42,444 nt of DNA from Candidatus Aegiribacteria sp. Its GTDB lineage: Bacteria; Fermentibacterota; Fermentibacteria; Fermentibacterales; JCC-6. Under the pieces are notes generated by a model. It saw only the letters and a list, made by a program, of their open reading frames with translations, ran no database searches and was not told where the DNA came from. Positions 25,711 to 36,285 of this stretch are shown here, piece by piece. A program made the position numbers and the translations under genes. Every line of letters starts with the position of its first letter. Within the stretch, counting starts at the first letter, position 1. The stretch is from NCBI GenBank assembly GCA_030610085.1, contig JAUWSL010000003.1:1-42444 (forward strand). Direction: 5' to 3'.

Positions 25711-27302
25711 CCACCATGATTCTGGTCCTTCTGATTTCGTTTCCGGTTAGAATAGCTGTTCTTGGAGACAGAACGGGTAGACCGGATGATGCCGAATTTG
25801 AAATAGCTGTCAGCGCGATAGTCGAGATGTCACCGGATATCGTTCTTTCCGTTGGAGATTTTGTTGAGGGTGACGGTGATGTCGAAACAGCGGTTGAGGA
25901 CTGGGAGAATATTCTTCCAGTTCTTGGAAGGCTCACCAGTGCTTTTCCATTCGTATACACACCAGGCAATAACGATATCTGGAACGAGGAGACCGCCGAA
26001 TACTGGAGACACTACACTGGAACCGAACCCTCAAGGGTAGAGGAGATACTTGGCATCACTTTCGTTGTATGGGACTCCTCAAACGAATACGGATTCACAG
26101 CAGATAATCTGGAAACTATCGGAGATCTCGTAGACGGGATAAATACCGATGATCCATGGATCTTCGTCACCCACAAACCATTCTGGTTCATGGCATGGCA
26201 GGATTCGGTCCTCGTGAACGATTTTAAAAATATCATGGAGGAAACCGGACCTCTTGCTGTTATTGGAGGACACATCCATCTCTTCGCAGCCCTGCGCGAA
26301 AACGGAATTCTATACTTATCCATCGGACCGTCAGGCAGTTCCGTCCCGGAGCCAGATCCGGCAAAAGGTGATTTTACTCAGCTGGGCTGGATGACCGTCT
26401 GGCCGGACTCGGTTGCCTTCGCGATTGTCGATGCCAGAGGTGTATACTCCGAAACCATCAATACCGGTGAGGAAATGAACCTTGCGTACCTTTACGAGCA
26501 GCAGCTTATAAAAGCGAAACCTCTTGAGCAGGAGCTTGAATCCGCGATCATGACACTGGTTCCGGTTGAGAACCGGACTCGTACCGTGACTCTGGATATC
26601 GATCCTGGAAGCTGGAATCTGAATCCCGAAACACTGGAAGTGGAACTTGACGACCAGCCGGTGGATCTGGTCTTCACCCAGTCCCCCGGGGGCAGCCCCT
26701 ACCCTTCCCCTTCAGTTACCGTAAGCCTTGAATACGGCAGCCGGGACAAGGAGCTGCAGTTCGATTATTCGTGGCAGGTTCTTCGAATAGTCAATGCTTT
26801 CCGTTCGGAAACCGTACTTGACGGAGAGCGGTCTGCGGGTGAATACAGAGAACCGTTCCACACCAATTTTGCGGATTTTTCAGGTCAGCCTTCACCAATT
26901 CCGGAAACCGAGTTCGCGGTCGCCACGGATGGAGAGAATCTCTTTGTTTACATGGAAATGACTGACTGCCCGGAGGAGAGTGAAGACTACGGAGGTTTTA
27001 TTTTCAACTCGCTTGATGGCTCTGTCCTGTGGCTGAGAGTATTCAGAGACGGTTCATCGGAGGCATTGATATATACATCTGAAGGCGATCTGATAGACTG
27101 GGAGAGCGGTTTCGATACCGAGGTTGAAGTTGCCGGAAACGGATGGAGCATCGAATTAGCCGTTGATATTGCTCTTCTTGAACAGGAGGACGATCAGGCA
27201 TCGGCGCACGTTTACAGGTCCGCGGGCGACGATTTCGGAACCTGGATATACCCCATAGATTTTTATCCGTCTTCAATGGGAAGGATCTGGCTGCAGCAGT
27301 AA
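25707..27302 (+). CDS. exported calcineurin-like metallophosphoesterase with acidic beta-rich C-terminal domain
   Basis: Hydrophobic N-terminus; GDRT, GDFV, GNND, THKP, GHIH motifs. Confidence 0.85.
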   Translation: MTTMILVLLISFPVRIAVLGDRTGRPDDAEFEIAVSAIVEMSPDIVLSVGDFVEGDGDVETAVEDWENILPVLGRLTSAFPFVYTPGNNDIWNEETAEYWRHYTGTEPSRVEEILGITFVVWDSSNEYGFTADNLETIGDLVDGINTDDPWIFVTHKPFWFMAWQDSVLVNDFKNIMEETGPLAVIGGHIHLFAALRENGILYLSIGPSGSSVPEPDPAKGDFTQLGWMTVWPDSVAFAIVDARGVYSETINTGEEMNLAYLYEQQLIKAKPLEQELESAIMTLVPVENRTRTVTLDIDPGSWNLNPETLEVELDDQPVDLVFTQSPGGSPYPSPSVTVSLEYGSRDKELQFDYSWQVLRIVNAFRSETVLDGERSAGEYREPFHTNFADFSGQPSPIPETEFAVATDGENLFVYMEMTDCPEESEDYGGFIFNSLDGSVLWLRVFRDGSSEALIYTSEGDLIDWESGFDTEVEVAGNGWSIELAVDIALLEQEDDQASAHVYRSAGDDFGTWIYPIDFYPSSMGRIWLQQ

Positions 27303-27325
27303 AGCAGTATAACTGGTGCGTGTAA

Positions 27326-30307
27326 CTATTCTGGTTTCTCTGACAGCTGCGTCCTGTAGATACGGGATAACGCTTCGTCATTCTCGCAGTTCCCGAATAT
27401 CCAGAATATCTCTATGTTCCGTTTTCTGTCGCAGGTGTTGAAGAAAGAAAGATGACTTCCTTTATCCGCGTAATCCTCCGAGAAAAATACACCTTCGGTA
27501 GAGGAATGAGCTTCCACAAAACCTTTTCCGGGAGTCTCCACCCGGCCCCAGCGCCCTACATCGAACCATGCGCCCGCATGCTTCCTGCCCTGCTTAAGCA
27601 GAGGCTGGCTCTGCGCAGTCAGTATTACCTTGCCGTGCTCCCCCCCGGGAGAAAGGAATCCCCGTAACTCTAACTCACCGCCGATGTAAGCCTCGCTGCA
27701 GGCCTGCAGAGAGAACCAGGTTTTCAGAAGAGATACTTCCGGAAGCATGGAAACTCTCCATGTAAGGTCAAGTGAACCGAACTTTTTATGATCCACCTTC
27801 CAGCGCATCTCCCACCCATTTTCCTGCATACCGGCAGAGGTCGTTGTAAACTTGTTCCAGCTGCAGTCGACAGTGTCAAGTTTGAAAGGCTGGTTTCTGC
27901 CGTCCTTAATACCGGGGAGAATGCCTCCGAACCAGGGTTTTTCCCAGCCAAAATCGGAGGGTCCGGGGTGGGAAGACATAAGGTACTCAACCCCATCCAG
28001 ACGCAGGCTGTACACATGTCCGAACTCCGTTGGATCGATCAGAGCTTTCAGTCTGCCGTTGGTTATTGAAAGAATACCGTCCTCCTCGGTAAGTACCGCG
28101 GAAGGCACGCTGTCGCTGATAATTCTTACTGGATAAGCACACTCCCTGCCGGCGATATCAAGTGAAATCTCAGCATCACCCGCTTTGGGAAGTGCTGCCG
28201 TTATGGAACTGCCCCTGCTTATCGAACCTTCTGCGGCGATGGAGCCGTTTATAGCTATCGTCCCGTTGCGCTTTCCAAAGAGATTATGGGAAACCTTCAG
28301 TTCGTAACCTTCGCTGATCACAGGTTCGATATTGTGATCGATGAAATCCGTCTTCTCAATCGCTGAACCTGTGTTCCAGCCAAGGATCCTCGCATCACTC
28401 AGAAGATCCTTCAGATCTCCTCTTGAAATCAGTACTCTGAATGAAGGTGACTGCACTTTTTTTCCCGGAGCAATGATTATATCCTCGGTTTCAGGTCTGC
28501 CGTAATGCAGCTTCTTCCACGAGGGGAACCAGGCCATAATGGATTTGCTTCCGCAGGATACAGCAAGCCAGGGGGCTCCAAGTTCTGCAATATCCTTCGG
28601 GTAATCTTCCGTTATATCCGGTATCTGGTTGTACACTTCCCTGCCGGCAAAAACGTATTCTTTCAATGGAATTATCCGGGTTCCCGCCACAAAGGGGAAT
28701 CCTCCTCCCCACCTTGCCGCAAATCGTACCTTCTGCTCTGAGGAAGACTCGTTGAGAACGCTGCTTCTCACCTCGGTGAAACCCGCAGGATCGATTCTGT
28801 ATCTGATCTCATGACTTAGTCCTGGTCTTGATGGCCAGGTGGTTCGGGCAACAAGCTCATTATCCTTGATTGAAATGTTGTACAGCTGGTGCGGCAGGTC
28901 AGAATTCCAGTGCGGCGGCCCAGCGTTCATTCCTATGTATCCGACAACTTTTTCAGTGTCATCTTCACCAGGCGCTGTTATGGTTCCCATGGCTCCTGTT
29001 CTGGATATTGCAAGGGTGATATCTTTTCCAATTATTACAGCCTTTTTTCTGGTGAGTAAGGCTTCGGGGACTCCGGTGAAGGGACCTGAAACAAGGATGA
29101 TCTTCTCCGCCGCTCCTGCGCTTCCGTTCAGGAATGGTGTCAGAAGCAGTTCGTTCACTCCGCCAGAAAGTTCGGGCAGTGAAATGCGCACCTGCTGAAA
29201 AACGCTGTTTTCCAGCGGGTACGTTTCGTTCAGGAAAACCTCTCCGCCAATACTTGCCTCGAGTCTGAAGGAATCCGATTCGGCAAGCCTCCTGATGTTC
29301 AGAGTCAGTTCTCTCTGTCCCGGTGTAATTCTGCGTACCGACGAAGAGAGAATTGAGACAGGTTCCTCGGCTCTTATTCCTATCCCGATCGAAAGCGGGC
29401 TTGCGCCGGGCAGATTAGTGTACACTCTGGGGGATCTGTCCCTGTCCGGAACAGGCACTTCAACTGCCTGGGGAATGACATCAAAACCCTCTGAGGCATC
29501 TTTAACCGTCACCGATTCCGGAGCAGAAATGTATTTGTGTGATATTATCTGCAGTTCCTGCGGGAGGGAATTTCCAGCAATGCTGACGGAGACAGCTTTG
29601 CCATAGTAGATATTCCCTCTGTTTCTTCTTACCGAGGCTGACAGAACGGGAGTTTCCAGGGATGAAAGTATCCTTCCCCTCCTGTCAAATTCAGCCCTGA
29701 AGCTGTCATTTCCGATTCTGAACAGGTAATTAAAGACCTCCCTGCCCGTTTCGGTTCTCTGTTCATCAGGCTCAACTTCAAGCTCCCTTACAAAACAGTC
29801 GTACCAGTCCCTGCGCCCAAGAAATTCCCTGAATTCAGTTCTTCCAAGCAGGAAAGGCATATAGTTCTGCATGTACACCATGGTGTCGGGCACCCAGAAG
29901 AAGCCTGTCTTTTTGTAAAGAGGCATGGCCTTGATATTCGCGGGCCATGTGTGCAGGTCTATCCGGTAATAGCCATCAGCGGCTGTTCTTCTTACTGCGT
30001 CCAGAAGGAGTTTTTTGCCCAGTTTCCTGCCATGAAGGTCGGGAACAACATTCAGAAGCGCTACGTACGCTGCATCAGACTCTCCACCGTAGGGAGTAGT
30101 ACGGCAATAGCCCACAACTCTGTCATTCTCGATCGCGAGCACGGTGAACAGTTTGCCGGAGGCGATTTCCTCCATCTCAACGCTCTCTGACGAGAACTCC
30201 GATGCCCCCAGAAATCCCGGAGGCCAGCCCTCCCGGCTCTCGGACCACATTCGGGCAACCGCTTCGGCATGAGATTTCTTATAAATTTCAAAGGATATCT
30301 CTTCCAC
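27326..30307 (-). CDS. large (993-aa) protein with N-terminal GNAT acetyltransferase domain
   Basis: LNVVPDLHGRKLGKKLL (motif A), NIKAMPLYKKTGF (motif B); remainder unassigned. Confidence 0.85.
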   Translation of the reverse strand: MEEISFEIYKKSHAEAVARMWSESREGWPPGFLGASEFSSESVEMEEIASGKLFTVLAIENDRVVGYCRTTPYGGESDAAYVALLNVVPDLHGRKLGKKLLLDAVRRTAADGYYRIDLHTWPANIKAMPLYKKTGFFWVPDTMVYMQNYMPFLLGRTEFREFLGRRDWYDCFVRELEVEPDEQRTETGREVFNYLFRIGNDSFRAEFDRRGRILSSLETPVLSASVRRNRGNIYYGKAVSVSIAGNSLPQELQIISHKYISAPESVTVKDASEGFDVIPQAVEVPVPDRDRSPRVYTNLPGASPLSIGIGIRAEEPVSILSSSVRRITPGQRELTLNIRRLAESDSFRLEASIGGEVFLNETYPLENSVFQQVRISLPELSGGVNELLLTPFLNGSAGAAEKIILVSGPFTGVPEALLTRKKAVIIGKDITLAISRTGAMGTITAPGEDDTEKVVGYIGMNAGPPHWNSDLPHQLYNISIKDNELVARTTWPSRPGLSHEIRYRIDPAGFTEVRSSVLNESSSEQKVRFAARWGGGFPFVAGTRIIPLKEYVFAGREVYNQIPDITEDYPKDIAELGAPWLAVSCGSKSIMAWFPSWKKLHYGRPETEDIIIAPGKKVQSPSFRVLISRGDLKDLLSDARILGWNTGSAIEKTDFIDHNIEPVISEGYELKVSHNLFGKRNGTIAINGSIAAEGSISRGSSITAALPKAGDAEISLDIAGRECAYPVRIISDSVPSAVLTEEDGILSITNGRLKALIDPTEFGHVYSLRLDGVEYLMSSHPGPSDFGWEKPWFGGILPGIKDGRNQPFKLDTVDCSWNKFTTTSAGMQENGWEMRWKVDHKKFGSLDLTWRVSMLPEVSLLKTWFSLQACSEAYIGGELELRGFLSPGGEHGKVILTAQSQPLLKQGRKHAGAWFDVGRWGRVETPGKGFVEAHSSTEGVFFSEDYADKGSHLSFFNTCDRKRNIEIFWIFGNCENDEALSRIYRTQLSEKPE

Positions 30308-30372
30308 CTGTTTCTCTTTTCTTACTTTATTCTCAGGATTGCCGCCGTTTACGATAGAGGCTTTACGAGCCG

Positions 30373-31413
30373 CTATTTCCCAAGGAACAGTGAACTCAGG
30401 CTCTTACCCTCATGGGTACGCTTTATAGCCTCAGCAAATATCCTTGCGACGGACAGGGTTTCTATTTTTGTGACAGGGCCCCCTATAACCTTTTCAGCGG
30501 CTTCTGTATCGAATTCCACCGTATCAGTGACGAACAGATTTGTCAAAGCGCTTTCTTCAATCCTCAGGACGGAGTTGCCTGATAGAATACCATGAGTAAC
30601 AAAGGCGTAAACCTCTTTAGCTCCCCGCTCCATTGCTATTTCCGCGCTCATTACCAGGCTTTTGCCGGAAAGGGTTTCATCGTCGATCATGATGACAGTT
30701 CTGCCTGAAAGATCGTCTATACCCTCGACTGTTTTTATGTGCGGTGTTTCAGTGTCATCCACTCTGACTTTCTTAACGTACCCTGTTTCGATATCCGGGG
30801 TCCGCCCTGCTTCCTTCAGGTAACGGGCGACATACATTGCAATTGCATCGTTATACATGATACTGCCCGAATCGGGGGCTACGAAGGCGAGTGTATCCGA
30901 ACCGAACGATACTATCTTATCAAGGAAAACCTCGTCCGCGTGCAGCTGGTCAACCGGGATGTTGCTGAAACCCTGACTCTGGGGACAGTGCAGGGTCATT
31001 GTAAGTACCCGGTCCGCCTGAACCGATTCAAGCATGTCGAATATCATTTTGGCTGTTATCGCGATCCTGGGCTTGTCCTTTTTATCACTTCTTGCGTAGG
31101 GGAAATAGGGCGTAACTGCGGTTATCCTGCCTGCGCTGTCTTTTAGGGCGTATATCATCTGCAGCAGCTCCAGAATGTCGCCGGAAACAGCACCGAAAGC
31201 CCTGTCCCTGTTCTGAAAGATAGACCTTTCTCCAGACTGGATTACGAATACATCCTTTTCTCGAACAGTCTCTCCAATGAAATTCACCATAAGATTGCCG
31301 TTTGAGAACTGTACGAAATCCACAGGTTCGGGATCTACACCGAGGATCTCACATATACGGAAACCAAGAGTCTGGCTGGCCCGACCGCAGCAAATGGCTA
31401 TATTGCCGAACAT
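30373..31413 (-). CDS. prs: ribose-phosphate pyrophosphokinase
   Basis: FSNGN, PYFPYARSDKK, LHCPQSQGF, VAPDSG, IDD, THGILS, TDT. Confidence 0.9.
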   Translation of the reverse strand: MFGNIAICCGRASQTLGFRICEILGVDPEPVDFVQFSNGNLMVNFIGETVREKDVFVIQSGERSIFQNRDRAFGAVSGDILELLQMIYALKDSAGRITAVTPYFPYARSDKKDKPRIAITAKMIFDMLESVQADRVLTMTLHCPQSQGFSNIPVDQLHADEVFLDKIVSFGSDTLAFVAPDSGSIMYNDAIAMYVARYLKEAGRTPDIETGYVKKVRVDDTETPHIKTVEGIDDLSGRTVIMIDDETLSGKSLVMSAEIAMERGAKEVYAFVTHGILSGNSVLRIEESALTNLFVTDTVEFDTEAAEKVIGGPVTKIETLSVARIFAEAIKRTHEGKSLSSLFLGK

Positions 31414-31437
31414 TAAATCCCCTCCTGTTGCAGGATA

Positions 31438-31899
31438 TCAGATAGCTAAAAGCGTATCCCAGTTTTCATCCACTGTTCCTAGAAGAAGGTTGAGCATCAC
31501 AGCGAAGGACTCGTATCCAAGCCCATCTTCCGTGGAAAATGTATACATGGCGGATACATCTCCAGTTTCGGGATCCGCTGCGAACTTCACCCATGTATTG
31601 TTCCAGTTAAGCTGTGCGATTACCTCGAGCGCGGCCGTCCTTTCTGCTCCGGACTCCGGTACTATGCCTGGCGTAAGAGCTACAAGAAGGCATCCTTCCA
31701 TTTCACTGTCCGCAAGTATGTACATATAAGGGATCATGGACCCATCCTCTGTTTCCGCAAGCAGCATGAACTCATTTTCTGCTCTTTCGTAGACCAGGTC
31801 TTCTCCTATTTGATCCAGGTACCCTGCGACTATATCACCACTTATCTCTGCAAAGGAAACCGCTGTCATTACTGATATAACAAGGATAACGCTCATCAA
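31438..31899 (-). CDS. YbjN-like protein with apparent signal peptide
   Basis: LEVIAQLNWNNTWVKFAADPETGDV resembles the YbjN core; hydrophobic N-terminus ending in SFA. Confidence 0.65.
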   Translation of the reverse strand: MMSVILVISVMTAVSFAEISGDIVAGYLDQIGEDLVYERAENEFMLLAETEDGSMIPYMYILADSEMEGCLLVALTPGIVPESGAERTAALEVIAQLNWNNTWVKFAADPETGDVSAMYTFSTEDGLGYESFAVMLNLLLGTVDENWDTLLAI

Positions 31900-32067
31900 A
31901 TCATCACCTCCAGGCTCAGGTTATGCATACTGAATAAAGACAATTATATTATGCTCATTAAAAGAGCTTTCGGGAAGTGTTCACCGGAAGCCATCTGAAA
32001 ACTGTTTGACAGGACCTCCCGCTGCGAACCAGCGGGATTAACGTATCGAAAGCAACCGGAGGCTGCT

Positions 32068-32466
32068 ATGGATCGTAGAATAAGAATCCTGATCGGAAAG
32101 CCCGGTCTGGACGGGCACGACCGCGGAGCCAAGTACATAGCGAGAGCTCTGAGAGACGCCGGTATGGAAGTCATTTATACCGGGATCCGTCAGACACCTG
32201 AGGCAATCGCCGTTGCTGCTATTCAGGAAGATGTTGACTTTGTTGGCCTCTCCCTTCTTTCAGGAGCCCATAATCACCTCTTCCCGGAAGTTGCAAGGCT
32301 TCTTAAGGAGAAGGGCGGGTCGGACATTATTCTTTTCGGTGGTGGTGTTATCCCTGAGGAAGATATTCCAGGTCTGAAAGAAGCAGGATTCAAAGCCATA
32401 TTCACACCGGGAGCCTCTTCATCCGAAGTTGTGGATTTCATTGAGCAGGAAATCCAGACCCGCTGA
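32068..32466 (+). CDS. methylmalonyl-CoA mutase cobalamin-binding (small) subunit
   Basis: [27 protein letters not shown]. Confidence 0.95.
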   Translation: MDRRIRILIGKPGLDGHDRGAKYIARALRDAGMEVIYTGIRQTPEAIAVAAIQEDVDFVGLSLLSGAHNHLFPEVARLLKEKGGSDIILFGGGVIPEEDIPGLKEAGFKAIFTPGASSSEVVDFIEQEIQTR

Positions 32467-33481
32467 ACCTCCCGCTGAGTTAACCGGATCGGAGGCAGAC
32501 TTGCTTTCCAGCAAGGCAGACGATCTCGCATGTAAAGTACGAAGCAAAGACCAGAGGGGACTTGCCAGAGTTCTTTCCATGGTTGAAAACGGTCATCCCC
32601 TTGCTCCCCCGATATTGCATTCACTCTTCAACCCCGAAAGATCTTCCCTTACAATCGGGATCACAGGCTACCCGGGAACCGGGAAGAGTACACTTACAAA
32701 CCGTCTGATAACGTACTATAGAAGGCATGGCTGCAAAGTCGGTGTTATTGCAGTGGACCCGACCTCCCCCTTTTCAGGAGGAGCCCTCCTTGGGGACCGG
32801 GTAAGGATGCAGGAGCACTCAACGGACCCTGGAGTATTCATACGAAGCATGGGAAACAGAGGTCATCTCGGGGGGCTTTCGGGAACCACAAGAGATGCTC
32901 TTGAAGTTTTTGCCGCTGCATCTTACGACCCGGTGCTTGTTGAAACCATGGGGGTTGGACAGGCGGAGGTTGAAATCGCCTCCCTTGCGGACATAACCCT
33001 TCTGGTTCTGGTTCCCGGCCTTGGTGATGAGGTTCAGACAATGAAGGCCGGGATCATGGAGATCGGGAACATTATAGTGCTTAACAAGGCAGACAGACCC
33101 GGCATCGAACAACTGGAGATGTTCGTGAACGCCAGCCTTGACCTCATTCCCGATCAGACTGCAAGACCCTCGGTTATCAGATGTTCCGCACTGTCCGGGG
33201 AAGGTATCGATAAACTGACGGATGCTATTGTCAGCTGTGTTTCCCTGGGAACCGGACGGAAGATCATCGCGCGAAGACGGACAAAACTGATACTTAGAAG
33301 TATTATCCGGGAAAAGGGAAGAGAACTTGCTCGAAAGCATGTCTCGGACAGGTACGGCAGTGTTGAAGGGGCGGTAGAATCCATTCTTCAGGGGAAGACG
33401 ACTCCCTATGAAATAGGTGAATTGCTTTCCGGATTTCTTACGAATAAACGGGAGAATGACCATGAGCGTAACAGGGATTGA
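32429..33481 (+). CDS. meaB: methylmalonyl-CoA mutase-associated GTPase
   Basis: [45 protein letters not shown]. Confidence 0.95.
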   Translation: MWISLSRKSRPAEPPAELTGSEADLLSSKADDLACKVRSKDQRGLARVLSMVENGHPLAPPILHSLFNPERSSLTIGITGYPGTGKSTLTNRLITYYRRHGCKVGVIAVDPTSPFSGGALLGDRVRMQEHSTDPGVFIRSMGNRGHLGGLSGTTRDALEVFAAASYDPVLVETMGVGQAEVEIASLADITLLVLVPGLGDEVQTMKAGIMEIGNIIVLNKADRPGIEQLEMFVNASLDLIPDQTARPSVIRCSALSGEGIDKLTDAIVSCVSLGTGRKIIARRRTKLILRSIIREKGRELARKHVSDRYGSVEGAVESILQGKTTPYEIGELLSGFLTNKRENDHERNRD

Positions 33482-33884
33482 TCACATCGGGATAGCGGTT
33501 GAGAGCCTGGAGGAGTCAATATCCTTCTACCGGGACAATCTGGGGTTGAAACTTCTGGGAATAGAGGAAGTCCCCTCACAGAAAGTACGAGTGGCCGTGT
33601 TCAGTGCTGGAGAGTCCATGATAGAGCTCCTTGAGCCGACTTCGGAAGAGAGTCCGATCGCGAAGGCAATAGAGAAGCGTGGAGAGGGAATACACCATAT
33701 CGCCTACTCGGTTGCCAGCGTTTCCGACGAAATAGACTCGATGAAGAGCAAGGGCATAAGAATGATAGACAATGCCCCGCGGAAGGGAGCGGGAGGCACC
33801 AGAATAGCTTTCATTCACCCCGCTGCCAGCGGGAAGGTACTGACGGAATTGTGCGAACATCCGAAAGCTGAAAAGGAAAACTAA
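33462..33884 (+). CDS. mce: methylmalonyl-CoA epimerase
   Basis: [34 protein letters not shown]; operon context. Confidence 0.95.
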   Translation: MSVTGIDHIGIAVESLEESISFYRDNLGLKLLGIEEVPSQKVRVAVFSAGESMIELLEPTSEESPIAKAIEKRGEGIHHIAYSVASVSDEIDSMKSKGIRMIDNAPRKGAGGTRIAFIHPAASGKVLTELCEHPKAEKEN

Positions 33885-33885
33885 G

Positions 33886-35436
33886 ATGAGTTCTCTTGAA
33901 AAGGCTGATAAACTCCACTCCCTTAGAGAAAAGGCGTTCGCCGGCGGTGGCGAGAAAAAGATTCAGAAGCAGCATGAGAAAGGCAAGCTGACAGCAAGGG
34001 AACGAATAGACCTTCTTCTCGATGACGACAGTTTTGAAGAATTCGATATGTTCGTTACCCACAGATCTACAAGTTTCGGTCTGGAAAAGAAAAAGATCCC
34101 TGGTGACGGAGTGGTTACCGGTTACGGAACCATAGACGGCAGGCAGGTGTATGTCTTTTCTCATGATTTTACGGTACTGGGCGGCAGCCTTTCGGAAACC
34201 TTCGCCGAGAAGATACTGAAGATCATGGATATGGCCGCAATGAACGGCGCTCCCCTCATCGGGCTTAACGATTCCGGAGGGGCAAGGATACAGGAAGGGA
34301 TCGAGAGCCTTGCAGGGTACGGTAAGATATTCCTGAAGAACGTGCTCTATTCAGGTGTTATTCCACAGATTTCAGCCATACTTGGTCCCTGCGCCGGTGG
34401 AGCCGTCTACAGTCCTGCAATAACCGATTTTACAATAATGGTTAAGGACATAAGCTACATGTTCGTTACGGGCCCTGCCGTTGTTAAAGCCGTAACCGGC
34501 GAAGAGGTCACCAAGGAGCAGCTTGGCGGACCTGGAATTCACAGCAGGCGCAGCGGAGTCTGTAGCCTTGTTTGCGACGAAGAGAGAGAAGCTCTTCTTC
34601 TTATTAGAAAACTCATCAGCTACATGCCGCAGAACAACATGGAGGATCCCATAAAAGTGTCCTGCTCTGATCCTCCTGACAGAATGGAAATGTGGCTGGA
34701 CGAATTCGTGCCCGACAGTCCCAGCAAACCCTACGAAATGCGCACGATAATTGAAGCCATCGTTGATAACGGCGAATTCCTCGAGATCCAGCGGTCCTTC
34801 GCTCCAAACATTATTGTGGGATTCGCGAGAATGAATGGCCATTCCACAGGAATAGTGGCGAACCAGCCCTCATACCTTGCAGGTGTTCTGGACAACGACG
34901 CTTCGGTGAAGGCTGCCCGGTTTGTTCGTTTCTGTGACGCATTCAATATCCCTGTGGTAACGCTTGTGGACGTACCCGGCTTCATGCCCGGAACGGCACA
35001 GGAATACGGTGGGATAATCAGGAACGGAGCGAAGCTTCTTTTCGCCTATGCCGAGGCGACAGTGCCCAAGATAACGGTGATAACGAGGAAAGCGTACGGT
35101 GGCGCTTACGATGTAATGAGTTCAAAGCATATCAGGGCGGACATAAACTACGCCTGGCCCACTGCTGAGATAGCGGTAATGGGTCCTGACGGGGCTGTCG
35201 AGATCATCTTCCACCGTGATATAGAAGAGGCAAAAGATCCTGTTGCCAGGAAGAAGGAGCTGGTGGATCAGTACCGTGAAAAATTCGCAAACCCTTACGA
35301 CGCAGCTTCCAGGGGCTATCTTGATGATGTGATAATAGCCTCAAATACAAGGTTTCGCATAATCAAAGCTCTTGAAATGCTTGAGGGAAAGCGGCAGACG
35401 AACCCTCCCAAAAAACATGGGAATATTCCGTTATGA
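33886..35436 (+). CDS. mmdA: methylmalonyl-CoA decarboxylase carboxyltransferase (alpha) subunit
   Basis: [43 protein letters not shown]; operon context. Confidence 0.88.
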   Translation: MSSLEKADKLHSLREKAFAGGGEKKIQKQHEKGKLTARERIDLLLDDDSFEEFDMFVTHRSTSFGLEKKKIPGDGVVTGYGTIDGRQVYVFSHDFTVLGGSLSETFAEKILKIMDMAAMNGAPLIGLNDSGGARIQEGIESLAGYGKIFLKNVLYSGVIPQISAILGPCAGGAVYSPAITDFTIMVKDISYMFVTGPAVVKAVTGEEVTKEQLGGPGIHSRRSGVCSLVCDEEREALLLIRKLISYMPQNNMEDPIKVSCSDPPDRMEMWLDEFVPDSPSKPYEMRTIIEAIVDNGEFLEIQRSFAPNIIVGFARMNGHSTGIVANQPSYLAGVLDNDASVKAARFVRFCDAFNIPVVTLVDVPGFMPGTAQEYGGIIRNGAKLLFAYAEATVPKITVITRKAYGGAYDVMSSKHIRADINYAWPTAEIAVMGPDGAVEIIFHRDIEEAKDPVARKKELVDQYREKFANPYDAASRGYLDDVIIASNTRFRIIKALEMLEGKRQTNPPKKHGNIPL

Positions 35437-35840
35437 CGTGGGCTGCAGCGGTGACGATTACAGCGGTGAATTCTGCCGATCTAAAAGGCGGTCTTGGAAT
35501 AGCCCTGATAGGCATGATAACCGTATTCACAGGGCTTATAGTGCTTGCCTTCATGCTCCCTGCACTGAAGAGCTGGATTGAAGACGGATTCGGCCTTGAC
35601 AGAAAGAAAAAAGATAGATCATCGCTTTCACGGCAGGATACTGATAGAACAATGACAAAGGAGGAAGTGGCTGCTGTATCTGCAGCGATTCATGCTCACT
35701 TCTGCCTTCTTGACCAGGTGGAGAATATGAAACTGACCTGGGAAACCCACGAGACACCCTATACCCCCTGGAGGTTCGCGGGGAGGACTGAACACGTACG
35801 GGATTCCGGGTCACTGCAGAACAGAGTCAGGAGTCGCTGA
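35433..35840 (+). CDS. OadG-family (delta) subunit of Na+-translocating decarboxylase
   Basis: Single [14 protein letters not shown]; EVAAVSAAI; W..AGR. Confidence 0.85.
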   Translation: MTWAAAVTITAVNSADLKGGLGIALIGMITVFTGLIVLAFMLPALKSWIEDGFGLDRKKKDRSSLSRQDTDRTMTKEEVAAVSAAIHAHFCLLDQVENMKLTWETHETPYTPWRFAGRTEHVRDSGSLQNRVRSR

Positions 35841-35841
35841 A

Positions 35842-36282
35842 ATGCCTGAGTATAAAATAACGGTCAACGACAGAACTTACACTGTTAGTTTAGGAAGAAT
35901 ACTGGACGATTCGGTTGCAGTAACGCTCGACGGCAGAACCTACAAGGTTAAGGTTGAAGCCCCGATGAGGAAGGCCTCCAAGACGCCTGTGATCAAAAGG
36001 CATCGCCAGGTTGTCAACGCAGCTGATGTGCCCGACAGAACATCTCCTCCCGGCATTACAGCTGGAAAGGGTGAAATCCTCGCTCCTCTGCCTGGAATTA
36101 TCCTGAAACTTCTCGTAAAAACAGGTGACACTGTAGATGAGGGTCAACCGGTTGCTGTAGTCGAAGCGATGAAGATGGAAAACGAGATTGAGTCGCCTGT
36201 ATCGGGAAAGGTGGGCGAGATTCCTGTATCCGAAGGTGAGAACATTCTTGAAAATGCAGTCATCATGAAAATCGGACGGTAA
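35842..36282 (+). CDS. mmdC: biotin carrier (gamma) subunit
   Basis: APLPG, EAMKMENEI biotinylation motif. Confidence 0.92.
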   Translation: MPEYKITVNDRTYTVSLGRILDDSVAVTLDGRTYKVKVEAPMRKASKTPVIKRHRQVVNAADVPDRTSPPGITAGKGEILAPLPGIILKLLVKTGDTVDEGQPVAVVEAMKMENEIESPVSGKVGEIPVSEGENILENAVIMKIGR

Positions 36283-36285
36283 TGC

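Noticed and set aside
31944-32067. Cobalamin riboswitch ahead of the mutase operon
   Set aside because: Only a GGGAAG word and one hairpin (CCCGCTG/CAGCGGG) are present; the conserved B12-element core is not recognisable and the space is short.
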